Origin: a virus
DNA length: 42,455 nucleotides
Direction: 5' to 3' (one strand)
IMG/VR virus record: IMGVR_UViG_3300045988_008427
Location: 1 to 42,455 of that record
Shown here: piece by piece, positions 28,184-35,589 of the stretch
Position numbering within the stretch: position 1 is the first letter of the stretch
Layout: each line of letters begins with the position of its first letter
Translations under genes and position numbers: made by a program
The notes under the pieces: model-generated
The model's input: only the letters and a program-made list of their open reading frames with translations
The model's database searches: none
What the model was told of the DNA's origin: nothing

Positions 28184-29026
28184 TTATCGACCGAGTTTAC
28201 AACGAAGGCTCTTCCAACCGTACAGGTTTTTATGGTACCGCATGTCTCCTGCCCAAATACAGGGGTGCTCCATGGGTGACATATGGCCTGCATCGAGGAG
28301 CCTTCGTGCCAGCTTCTTGTCCTTGTGTTCGTCAGGACAAGAGCCGTCATGGTTGTTATAAGACACTCTAGCACAGCGTGCAGAGGAGATCAGCATAAGA
28401 TCCTCAATGAGGACTTCAGAGGAACTAAACGAGTTCATGCAATGACTGTCGACTTCCTCTTGGGTGATAAAGGGAAGACTAACGTACTTCCCACAAATAC
28501 GGTAGACACTAATGATCTTATTGCCTACCTTGTCCATCTCACCCTTAATAGCCCTTGCAAGATCCTGCATCTCAGGCTGTGCATCACTGGCAAGCCTAAG
28601 ATTAAGGAAGTTATCCCAATCAGTAGCAGTTACAATCACGTTAATGTACTGGAAGGGCTCAAGGATTCGGTTAATGTGTTGCTTATGGATACCGAGCTTT
28701 TCCATACACTTGGCAGTTTCCACGGCGTTACGGGCCGCGTCAAGCCAAAGATTATAGAAGTCTGTAGCTACATCAATAGGGGCCTCTACATCCCCTACCA
28801 TACCCGCTTTATTCATGTAGACCTTAGTCGGAACTACAGGCTTGCTATCAACCTGTTCAATAACCTTATTCACAGGGATAGCACGAGAGCTACTAGCATT
28901 GCGTGAGAACATTCTGTGCGTCATGAATTCACTATGGATCATCCTAGGATACCTAAGGACGAACGTATAGAGATTATCCTGATGGCAGATGCAAAGGGCT
29001 TCGCTTTCCCCAACTTTAGTAGTCAT
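28184..29026 (-). CDS. thyX: Flavin-dependent thymidylate synthase ThyX
   Basis: The ThyX signature is present in EFMTHRMFSRNASSSRAIP (RHR-x7-S-type motif). The start was moved to the ATG at 29026, because the track ORF extends to 29221 and would overlap tRNA-Leu. Confidence 0.8.
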   Translation of the reverse strand: MTTKVGESEALCICHQDNLYTFVLRYPRMIHSEFMTHRMFSRNASSSRAIPVNKVIEQVDSKPVVPTKVYMNKAGMVGDVEAPIDVATDFYNLWLDAARNAVETAKCMEKLGIHKQHINRILEPFQYINVIVTATDWDNFLNLRLASDAQPEMQDLARAIKGEMDKVGNKIISVYRICGKYVSLPFITQEEVDSHCMNSFSSSEVLIEDLMLISSARCARVSYNNHDGSCPDEHKDKKLARRLLDAGHMSPMEHPCIWAGDMRYHKNLYGWKSLRCKLGR

Positions 29027-29162
29027 TATCTTCCTCATCATAGTCGTCATCTTCATCCTCATCGTCTTCATCATCAAGGGACTCAAGATATTCCTGATAC
29101 TCGTCTTCCCAACGAGCTTCCCAATCAGATTCCATTCGATCAAGTTCCTTCTGAGTCTGCAT
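29016..29162 (-). CDS. Small highly acidic protein (48 aa)
   Basis: Hand translation gives MQTQKELDRMESDWEARWEDEYQEYLESLDDEDDEDEDDDYDEEDNDY. A GAGAGG SD lies upstream, and the stop overlaps the thyX ATG (ATGACTACTAA). Confidence 0.5.
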   Translation of the reverse strand: MQTQKELDRMESDWEARWEDEYQEYLESLDDEDDEDEDDDYDEEDNDY

Positions 29163-29191
29163 AATAGCCTCTCTTTTAAAAAAATAAAATG

Positions 29192-29275
29192 TGGTGCCCT
29201 AGGGGAGACTCGAACTCCCACGCCTTTCGGCCCAGCATTCTAAGCGCCGTGCGTCTACCATTCCGCCACCAGGGC
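29192..29275 (-). tRNA. tRNA-Leu (anticodon TAG), type II with a long variable arm, CCA encoded
   Basis: The minus strand reads GCCCTGG TG GCGGAATGGTAGACGC A CGGCG CTTAGAA TGCTG GGCCGAAAGGCGT GGGAG TTCGAGT CTCCC CTAGGGC A CCA. The cloverleaf was folded by hand. The D-arm is nearly identical to E. coli tRNA-Leu. Confidence 0.9.
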
Positions 29276-29406
29276 CTGTGGGGTAACCGTTGCCCCTTCG
29301 GATCTATTTCGGTAGACATCCTAGTCGGGAGCTACCCGACCTACTAAGGGTCGTAGGACTTCCTCACTTCTCTTATGGTGAGAGGAGTACAATCAAACGA
29401 CGTATT

Positions 29407-29483
29407 TGGCCTCTCCTACAGGATTCGAACCTGTGACCATATGCTTAGAAGGCATATGCTCTATCCAACTGAGCTAAGGAGAG
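29407..29483 (-). tRNA. tRNA-Arg (anticodon TCT), CCA encoded
   Basis: The minus strand reads CTCTCCT TA GCTC AGTTGGATA GAGC A TATGC CTTCTAA GCATA TGGTC ACAGG TTCGAAT CCTGT AGGAGAG G CCA. The architecture is very close to E. coli argU. Confidence 0.9.
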
Positions 29484-29902
29484 TTTTGTTCTTTGTGAAT
29501 GTTAATTATTGCTTCAAGTCGTCTATTGGTGTCTCTGAGTATCTTAACACCTTCCCCGTGTAGTTCTGCACCTTCTGACAGTAGGTTTCTACACTGGATG
29601 ATTGACTCTGCATAAGCTCTATCGGTATGTTGCATGATGGCTTTGTTTCCTGCGTTGATGTTGTACTGCAGGCGGTTAACCCGCTTATCAATAGCAGATT
29701 GCACAGCATCAGCGGTAGCCATGTCTTTAAGAAGTAAGTTAATCGTCGCATCCTTTCTTTCCTGTAGGGTCTTTAGTTCCGTTAAGTGAGTCCGTTGCTC
29801 CTCTAGGAGAATCTCTTGATTTCTTTTTTCCTCAATAGATTCACCTAGAGCCAGTCCCAGAATGAACGCAAGGATAACCATAAGAGATTTCACATACTGC
29901 AT
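29474..29902 (-). CDS. i-spanin (Rz-like): N-terminal TM plus coiled coil
   Basis: MQYVKSLMVILAFILGLALG forms the TM, followed by a charged helical region. A lipoprotein ORF is embedded in another frame. The gene sits next to the amidase gene. Confidence 0.65.
   Translation of the reverse strand: MQYVKSLMVILAFILGLALGESIEEKRNQEILLEEQRTHLTELKTLQERKDATINLLLKDMATADAVQSAIDKRVNRLQYNINAGNKAIMQHTDRAYAESIIQCRNLLSEGAELHGEGVKILRDTNRRLEAIINIHKEQNSP
29506..29751 (-). CDS. o-spanin (Rz1-like) lipoprotein embedded in the Rz frame
   Basis: ATG start. The signal peptide ends in the lipobox LTAC (MRRLTYFLKTWLPLMLCNLLLISGLTAC). The ORF lies wholly inside 29474..29902 in a different frame. Confidence 0.6.
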   Translation of the reverse strand: MRRLTYFLKTWLPLMLCNLLLISGLTACSTTSTQETKPSCNIPIELMQSQSSSVETYCQKVQNYTGKVLRYSETPIDDLKQ

Positions 29903-29903
29903 A

Positions 29904-29933
29904 CTCTCTCCCTAGGAGTATTGATTTTATTCA
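29904..29933 (-). promoter_or_regulatory. Phage RNAP promoter
   Basis: The minus strand reads GAATAAAATCAATACTCCTAGGGAGAGAGT followed directly by the ATG of the Rz-like gene. The predicted +1 is at 12, giving a 10-nt leader. The upstream half overlaps the amidase stop. Confidence 0.8.
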
Positions 29934-30517
29934 ATGCGGACAACATCACCTTCTTCAGGGTCTCCATTAAAGTCCTTAAAGACACCCTTAGAGAAGACTA
30001 CCTTACTCCAGAACGCCTCAGTATCTTCATACCGAGCAAACTTAGCGCCCTTATACCATCCCTTAACATCAAAACAAGGACAGTCTTTGTTGACGCCTGC
30101 AAAATCTCTGTGGCCAAGTACATCGACTTCATCTTTATAGTAACCTCTGAGATAGTCCAGCAGACACTTAAGAGACTCCTTCTGCTCCTCTGTAAAGTTG
30201 TCTACGGACTTGCCCTTAGAATCCACACCACCAATGAGGCAGATACCAACGGAGCAGTTGTTGTAACCCTTTACGTGGGAACCGATGGCCTCTAGAGGTC
30301 TACCTCTCTGGATGGTGCCGTCAGTACGAATTACAAAGTGATAACCAATACCCAACCACCCCTGCTGTCTGTGCATCTGATCAATGGTTTTCCACGTAAA
30401 AGAAGGCACATTCTGAGTGGCAGAGCAGTGAACGACAAGATATTTAGTAGTCTCTCTATTCTTATAAGAGACAAAAGATTTATGCTCCTCAATCGTCGGA
30501 GCCTTGAAAGAAACCAT
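29927..30517 (-). CDS. N-acetylmuramoyl-L-alanine amidase, T7 gp3.5 lysozyme-like
   Basis: VVHCSAT...QGWLGIGYHFVIRTDGTIQRGRPLEAIGSHVKGYNNCSVGICLIGG parallels T7 gp3.5. Confidence 0.9.
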   Translation of the reverse strand: MVSFKAPTIEEHKSFVSYKNRETTKYLVVHCSATQNVPSFTWKTIDQMHRQQGWLGIGYHFVIRTDGTIQRGRPLEAIGSHVKGYNNCSVGICLIGGVDSKGKSVDNFTEEQKESLKCLLDYLRGYYKDEVDVLGHRDFAGVNKDCPCFDVKGWYKGAKFARYEDTEAFWSKVVFSKGVFKDFNGDPEEGDVVRIE

Positions 30518-30524
30518 ATTTTAA

Positions 30525-30977
30525 TTAACCTTTATTAATAAGAATCCCATCAGGGATTACCTTGGGATCCTCTTTAATCCATTCAAGGGGGATTGTTTTG
30601 TCTGAATACTTGATCCCATTCTTTTCACAAAAGGAAGCATAAGTTGTTTTACTTCCTTTGTAAATAGGAGTTTTGGATCTACTAAAGACAAAGCGAATGT
30701 CCAACTCGGGGTGTTGAGCCTTAATTAAAATATGTTTCTTCCTATCTTCAGAATCCCATACACCTTTAGTTTCTATGAGAATCCCGTTAGGCAAAACGAA
30801 GTCAGGAGTATATTTGTGCTTACTTGCGGGCACAATATACTCCAGATACTTCTCCTCATAATGAGGCTCAATGCCGAAGGCCCTGAGGGAGTCTGAGACT
30901 TTCTCCTCAAGGCCACTTCGGTAAGTTCCCCTGTTGTGCATCCTCTTTTTGCTATAGGCCGCACTACGGGTAGTCAT
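30525..30977 (-). CDS. Endonuclease I (Holliday junction resolvase), T7 gp3-like
   Basis: YRSGLEEKVS...YTPDFVLPNGILIETKGVWDSEDRKKHILIKAQHPELDIRFVFS is nearly colinear with T7 gp3. Confidence 0.92.
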   Translation of the reverse strand: MTTRSAAYSKKRMHNRGTYRSGLEEKVSDSLRAFGIEPHYEEKYLEYIVPASKHKYTPDFVLPNGILIETKGVWDSEDRKKHILIKAQHPELDIRFVFSRSKTPIYKGSKTTYASFCEKNGIKYSDKTIPLEWIKEDPKVIPDGILINKG

Positions 30978-31003
30978 TTATTCCTTTAAATGCTTCGCAT
31001 TTA

Positions 31004-31576
31004 TTACTCTTCATGCTCCTTAAGCAGGTTGCTACGAGAAGGGAGCATAACCTTACATGCTTCAGAAAACTCATTGCTATGGATGTCATATACACAACTA
31101 TGACCATTGACACGAATGAAGTAGTCATCATCCTGATGACTCAGAATCTGACCAACCATCAGGTCGGGACGACAGAAGCACTCTGAGGCTTCAAAATCAC
31201 CCTTAAACATGACAAGGACACAGGCACCCTCAACACCACTAAGATCCTTGCTAAAGAATTCCTCAATCCTGTAAGGCTTATCGTACTCGACACCTTCTTT
31301 GTCTTCAAAGATAAGATCCTCAACATTGACATCGAACGTAAACGAGTAGGGCATCACTTCATAAATGAATTTAGCGTCATAGTAGGAGGTGTTGCTCTTG
31401 AAGTACCGCTTGTCACCAGAGACGGAGCAATAGAAGCCACTTGGTGCCTTACCGTCCTTTGCAATGTACCAGTTGTAATGCTCAATTGCGGACTCAAGAG
31501 CCTTTTCAAGGCCTTCGTCAGTAAGGAGGAGGCCAAGCCCCTCACGCAGTTTATGGCCGAAAGTAAACTTAGTCAT
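31004..31576 (-). CDS. Hypothetical protein (190 aa)
   Basis: ATG-started ORF abutting the SSB stop. No motif recognised. Confidence 0.55.
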   Translation of the reverse strand: MTKFTFGHKLREGLGLLLTDEGLEKALESAIEHYNWYIAKDGKAPSGFYCSVSGDKRYFKSNTSYYDAKFIYEVMPYSFTFDVNVEDLIFEDKEGVEYDKPYRIEEFFSKDLSGVEGACVLVMFKGDFEASECFCRPDLMVGQILSHQDDDYFIRVNGHSCVYDIHSNEFSEACKVMLPSRSNLLKEHEE

Positions 31577-32194
31577 TTAGAAATCTCCGGGAACGTCGTC
31601 GTCAACATCTTCAAAGCTCTTATAGGAAGCCTCGTGCTCCTCGCCGGTATAGCCTTCTTCTTCTTCAAAGCCATAAGAGGACGCAGAGGAATCACCGAAC
31701 TCATTCAGAGAGATAACCTGAACTGCGAGAAGTCGCAGGGAAAGCCCACAGGTACGCGTAGAGGGCATGTAATACGGGTTGGCACTGAAGCACACCTTGA
31801 TAACACTGTCTCGACCGATGTTGACATCAAGGGGCTTCCCCTTAGAGTCAAACTGGCGGATCTTGACGGTAATCTTGGAACCGTCCTTCTTCGTAATGAC
31901 CGCCTTCTGCTTGAACTTCATCACAATGCGGCCTTCTTCATCCTTTTCATAGATGTCCTGAGTCACCACCTTGCGGCCCTTTGCAATGGCCTGCTTGACG
32001 TTGTCGTCATTCTCATAGAAGTCCTCAAGGATTGCTTCGAGCTTAGACACGAGGGCGTTAGTCTTCTCATCATCTTCCATGACAAGATTGACCTTGTAGT
32101 CACCCTCCGGATTGAACTTAGTATCCGGGGTCTTGAGAGCGGGATACTGTGCGAGACCCTTGGGGGTAGTGAAACGATTGTTGTTGATAGACAT
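31577..32194 (-). CDS. ssDNA-binding protein, T7 gp2.5-like
   Basis: It is the first gene after the RNAP gene and the tandem promoters. The acidic C-terminal tail ends in ...DDDVPGDF, as the T7 gp2.5 tail ends in ...DEDGDF. Confidence 0.75.
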   Translation of the reverse strand: MSINNNRFTTPKGLAQYPALKTPDTKFNPEGDYKVNLVMEDDEKTNALVSKLEAILEDFYENDDNVKQAIAKGRKVVTQDIYEKDEEGRIVMKFKQKAVITKKDGSKITVKIRQFDSKGKPLDVNIGRDSVIKVCFSANPYYMPSTRTCGLSLRLLAVQVISLNEFGDSSASSYGFEEEEGYTGEEHEASYKSFEDVDDDVPGDF

Positions 32195-32253
32195 TTAATT
32201 ACTTCCTTGTTTGTTGCTAGCGAGCTAGCTGTTTAACCTAGGGAGACTTGGTT

Positions 32254-32283
32254 ACTCTCCCTAGGAGTATTGATTTTATTAGT
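32254..32283 (-). promoter_or_regulatory. Phage RNAP promoter (proximal copy of the tandem pair)
   Basis: The minus strand reads CTAATAAAATCAATACTCCTAGGGAGAGTAAC, with predicted +1 at 32261. Confidence 0.8.
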
Positions 32284-32314
32284 TGGGGTTTGTTTGACCT
32301 AGGGAGGCTTTGTT

Positions 32315-32344
32315 ACTCTCCCTAGGAGTATTGATTTTATTAGC
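32315..32344 (-). promoter_or_regulatory. Phage RNAP promoter (distal copy of the tandem pair)
   Basis: The 32-nt sequence is the same as the proximal copy, 61 bp upstream of it. It starts 5 nt after the RNAP stop. Confidence 0.8.
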
Positions 32345-32348
32345 GGGG

Positions 32349-34985
32349 TTAGCTAAAGGCGTACATGGACTCCTTGACTCGCTCAAGATCAAGATTCCCC
32401 TTTGCGGGAATCTTAGGGAGCTTGTCGATCATCTTAGGAGACAAAAGGTTTTCAATGTGGTCATGAAGATCCTGCAGAACATCGTTGTTGCTGTAGGTGT
32501 CTACAAACACTTCTCTAACGGTAGTAAACATGATGTCACCATGCCCCGCAGGAGCACCATAGGAGTCATGAATCATCGCAAAGGACTTAACCCCCTTGTC
32601 GACACAAGAGCACACCGTAAGCATCAAGTGGGACGCATCCATGCTATGGACATAGTTGGGTGCAATGCCTTGCTTTTGCTTTCGGGTGTCAATCTCGGGA
32701 ATGCTTTCGTACACCACGGGGTTGATAGAGGCACCTTCCTCGATCTGACTGTCTTCCTTGAACGGCTCCTTGACTCGAATAGTCCCAGTAGTGAAAGTCC
32801 TGAGTTGCTTGAGCACAACCTTGTTGTACTTCTGTTTTACAGGGAATCCAGCAGGGGTAATCCAATAGGTAGGCAGGGATTGGCCGTTAATGTCCTTGTC
32901 CTGAGCGAGCAGGCCACTTGCAACCTGAAGCCAACCCATTGCCTCCACAGCTTTCACAACGACACCCTGCAGGGCTTCCCAAATCAGTCCAGCCATGTAC
33001 CTAGCGGACTGGCTAGGACGACTGAATGCCGTGGGATTCTTTGCGAGAGCAGGGTAAATAGTATCTTCCAAAACCTGTTCAGCAAAACCAAATTTACTAG
33101 AGCCATAGCAAAGGGTCATGGTGCTTCGCTTAGTCACCTTACGGGTAACGCCGTGCTTGAGCCATTCCGTGGCCATGCTACGGGTACCCTTCTTAAGGTA
33201 ATCGTCACCGTCCTCAGTTTTAGCCATAGTGTCATCGGTGCCGTTGTCATAGTCCTTTTTTAGGAGTTCAGTGACCTTGGTAGCAACGATGCCATAGATG
33301 TCGTGAACCTTATCATCAGGCAGAAGGTTGACGGCTTCCCCACCGACTTCGTCCCGAAGCATCGCAGAGAAATGCTGTAAGCCAGAGCAGGAGCCATCGA
33401 AGGCAATCGGGAGGTGAGACACATACGAGTCGCCCTTATCCAGATAATCCGCCCACTCAAAACAGAACGCAAGGAATTCCCAAGGGGAATCCGTCTCAGT
33501 CCATCGGAGATCCTGCAAGGGATCCTTGGCAATCGACAGGATCATTTCGGTGTTGCTATAGACCCATGCAATACGCTCTTCAAAGGGTTTCTTGTCAAGG
33601 CCGTAGCAGTTTGCACCCTGAAAGGCCAGCCACGTGTGACCATTCTCTCCCAGAGGCACCCCTTCGGCAAACTCAATGAGAGCTTTAGTAAAGTCATTGC
33701 CCTGCGGGCTCAACTGGGTCAAGGGGTAGACACGACCACGGAAGTCAAGGTTGTGGGGGAAATAGATTTCCATGTCGTCCTTGTAGGTGTTAGCCAGTGC
33801 GAGGACACCATTCACAAGGTAACGCTTGCTCTTACGCTTATTGTCGTCCTGATAGTAGTGCACCATAGCACTACGCCAATCACGTTGTACCTCCTCGTTA
33901 GTGTCTGCCTCTGCAGGCCTAATAGGCGGTTCTGCAGGGGTCGCAGAGGGCATCTCAAGGCCCTCAGGTACGTGTGCCCAAGAGCACACCTCATTGGCCA
34001 CGTCGAGCACCCTACGGTTGATTCGCCAAGCCGTAGACTGGATGGCATTTACAGCCTTGTACACGTTAGGCATATCAACCTCATCGTAGAGCTGTGCACA
34101 CTCCTTAGAGGGCATTCTGACGAGCTGGATAGGTTTCTTGAGGTTGATAAGGTAACCACCATCAAAAGGGGTAGTCCACGGCTTAGGCGGGATTACCATG
34201 GGCCTATTTTGGAACATGAGACTAGCAGTCTCCTTGTCCTCGTGCTCCAAATACGTCAACACGTCAGGGTCAAGACAAAAAGTGTAATGCACGTTTTTGT
34301 TGTCACCCATGGTTTTCTCAAGGGCACCTAAGCCAGTAGACACGATGAAAATGTCTACCAACTTAAGACCTACTTGCACTCTGTTAGCGTTACCCCACTT
34401 GTTCCATCTCTTGAGCCGCTTCTCATCTGCGAGGATCTTTTCTTTGTTTTCGACATAGCGCTTTTTGAACTGCATAGAAATACGCTTATCAAGCCCTGCA
34501 TTGAAGCGACTGAGCTCTTTCTTATCCATGGTTGCGACTACCATCTTGAATCGCAGTTCGTCCTCGATAGCCTCACCAATTGCAGAGGATACTTTGGTCA
34601 AAGACACGATTCCAAGGGAATTTTCAATGATGGTCCTAATTGCAATGAATGCAATTTCTTCGGTAGACAAAGACCTGATGAGGGATGCCATTACATGACG
34701 CTTACCGGGCTTACCCGTATCCACTTCCTTAAACCACTTGTCAAGGGCCTTAGTCATGACAGGGATGGCTTCGCTGATCAAGACACGACTTGCACCCATA
34801 TTGCCAAGGGTACCACTTTCAATGGCCTTGCTACGCTTAGACATGAAAGCATTGAACGCATTTTCTTTGCTTTCAAGTTCTAATTCTATTTCCCTGTCTA
34901 CACGGGCTTTGCCGTATTTAAGACAAAGATCATCATATTCATTTTCACCATCAATTCTAAAACTATTCAATTTATCATAAGACAT
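32349..34985 (-). CDS. Single-subunit DNA-directed RNA polymerase, T7 gp1-like
   Basis: 878 aa. RKVTKRSTMTLCYGSSKFGF and MIHDSYG parallel T7 RSVTKRSVMTLAYGSKEFGF and IHDSFG. The C-terminus is ...MYAFS. The start was moved to the ATG at 34985, which has a GAGGTG SD. Confidence 0.95.
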   Translation of the reverse strand: MSYDKLNSFRIDGENEYDDLCLKYGKARVDREIELELESKENAFNAFMSKRSKAIESGTLGNMGASRVLISEAIPVMTKALDKWFKEVDTGKPGKRHVMASLIRSLSTEEIAFIAIRTIIENSLGIVSLTKVSSAIGEAIEDELRFKMVVATMDKKELSRFNAGLDKRISMQFKKRYVENKEKILADEKRLKRWNKWGNANRVQVGLKLVDIFIVSTGLGALEKTMGDNKNVHYTFCLDPDVLTYLEHEDKETASLMFQNRPMVIPPKPWTTPFDGGYLINLKKPIQLVRMPSKECAQLYDEVDMPNVYKAVNAIQSTAWRINRRVLDVANEVCSWAHVPEGLEMPSATPAEPPIRPAEADTNEEVQRDWRSAMVHYYQDDNKRKSKRYLVNGVLALANTYKDDMEIYFPHNLDFRGRVYPLTQLSPQGNDFTKALIEFAEGVPLGENGHTWLAFQGANCYGLDKKPFEERIAWVYSNTEMILSIAKDPLQDLRWTETDSPWEFLAFCFEWADYLDKGDSYVSHLPIAFDGSCSGLQHFSAMLRDEVGGEAVNLLPDDKVHDIYGIVATKVTELLKKDYDNGTDDTMAKTEDGDDYLKKGTRSMATEWLKHGVTRKVTKRSTMTLCYGSSKFGFAEQVLEDTIYPALAKNPTAFSRPSQSARYMAGLIWEALQGVVVKAVEAMGWLQVASGLLAQDKDINGQSLPTYWITPAGFPVKQKYNKVVLKQLRTFTTGTIRVKEPFKEDSQIEEGASINPVVYESIPEIDTRKQKQGIAPNYVHSMDASHLMLTVCSCVDKGVKSFAMIHDSYGAPAGHGDIMFTTVREVFVDTYSNNDVLQDLHDHIENLLSPKMIDKLPKIPAKGNLDLERVKESMYAFS

Positions 34986-35086
34986 AGGGGTCACCTCTAG
35001 TTATATCTATAGATCTTTTATACTCTGTTATATTCTTTTATATAGGGTTATATAGGTGATGATGTAGGATATTACACATAGTTAAA

Positions 35087-35131
35087 CTATAGACTCCTGT
35101 GGTTTCCTTAGGTTTCCTTAGGAGTCTATAG
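35087..35131 (-). promoter_or_regulatory. Structured leader upstream of the RNAP gene: a 12-bp perfect inverted repeat whose loop contains a 10-bp direct repeat
   Basis: CTATAGACTCCT (35087..35098) pairs with AGGAGTCTATAG (35120..35131). The loop contains GGTTTCCTTA twice. Confidence 0.7.
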
Positions 35132-35140
35132 CCTCTTTCA

Positions 35141-35168
35141 CTCTCTCCCTAGGAGTATGGATTTTATT
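35141..35168 (-). promoter_or_regulatory. Phage RNAP promoter upstream of the RNAP gene
   Basis: The minus strand reads AATAAAATCCATACTCCTAGGGAGAGAG, with predicted +1 at 35149. Confidence 0.75.
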
Positions 35169-35185
35169 AAATCCTCGTGTCTCCT

Positions 35186-35470
35186 CTAATCATTGATTTT
35201 ACCTTTCTCGATGCAGTCACCGTTGACATAGATGTTACCGAACGCCTCGAAAGTACGCAACCATTCGGAATACGTCAGGTATTTGTTTCTGTCTTTCTCT
35301 GCGGATTCCCCAGCTTTACGTCCCGCACGGAACGCATATTTAATCATATTGCCCTTTAGGAATCCAATGAATTCCTCACGAGTTAACGCATTAAGCATCA
35401 ATTCAATAGGCTGGACAGCTCCCATATAATGGGTACTTGTTTCAGGATTTCCATCATTAATTTTTCCCAT
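35186..35470 (-). CDS. DUF3310 (SaV-like) early protein
   Basis: GAVQPIELM...FLKGNMIKYAFRAGRK matches the DUF3310 core as I remember it. A strong SD (AAGGAGATATAA) precedes the ATG. Confidence 0.55.
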   Translation of the reverse strand: MGKINDGNPETSTHYMGAVQPIELMLNALTREEFIGFLKGNMIKYAFRAGRKAGESAEKDRNKYLTYSEWLRTFEAFGNIYVNGDCIEKGKIND

Positions 35471-35481
35471 TTATATCTCCT

Positions 35482-35589
35482 TTAGTAATAGATTCCCATG
35501 AGTTTGCAAATAAGGACAAACAAGGGAAAGATTCCAAGAATGATTGCAATTCCAATGAATACAATCAGGTATTCTTTAAGATTAAGCAT
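35482..35589 (-). CDS. Small single-TM peptide (35 aa)
   Basis: Hand translation gives MLNLKEYLIVFIGIAIILGIFPLFVLICKLMGIYY. The ATG overlaps the upstream stop (ATGCTTAA). Confidence 0.35.
   Translation of the reverse strand: MLNLKEYLIVFIGIAIILGIFPLFVLICKLMGIYY

Noticed and set aside
24122-28906. Plus-strand ORFs at 24122..24778, 25622..26188, 27641..27970 and 28283..28906
   Set aside because: They lie antisense to the DNA polymerase, primase-helicase and thyX genes and have no motifs.
29027-29221. An N-terminal extension of the thyX ORF, listed as 28184..29221
   Set aside because: The extension would overlap tRNA-Leu and starts at a non-ATG codon. The acidic 48-aa ORF occupies this stretch in another frame with proper signals. 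The ATG at 29026 gives a 280-aa ThyX of normal size.
31478-34331. Long plus-strand ORFs at 31478..32236, 32310..33263 and 33414..34331
   Set aside because: They lie antisense to the SSB and RNA polymerase genes. The same codon-bias artefact applies. They cross promoter and intergenic elements without any translation signals.
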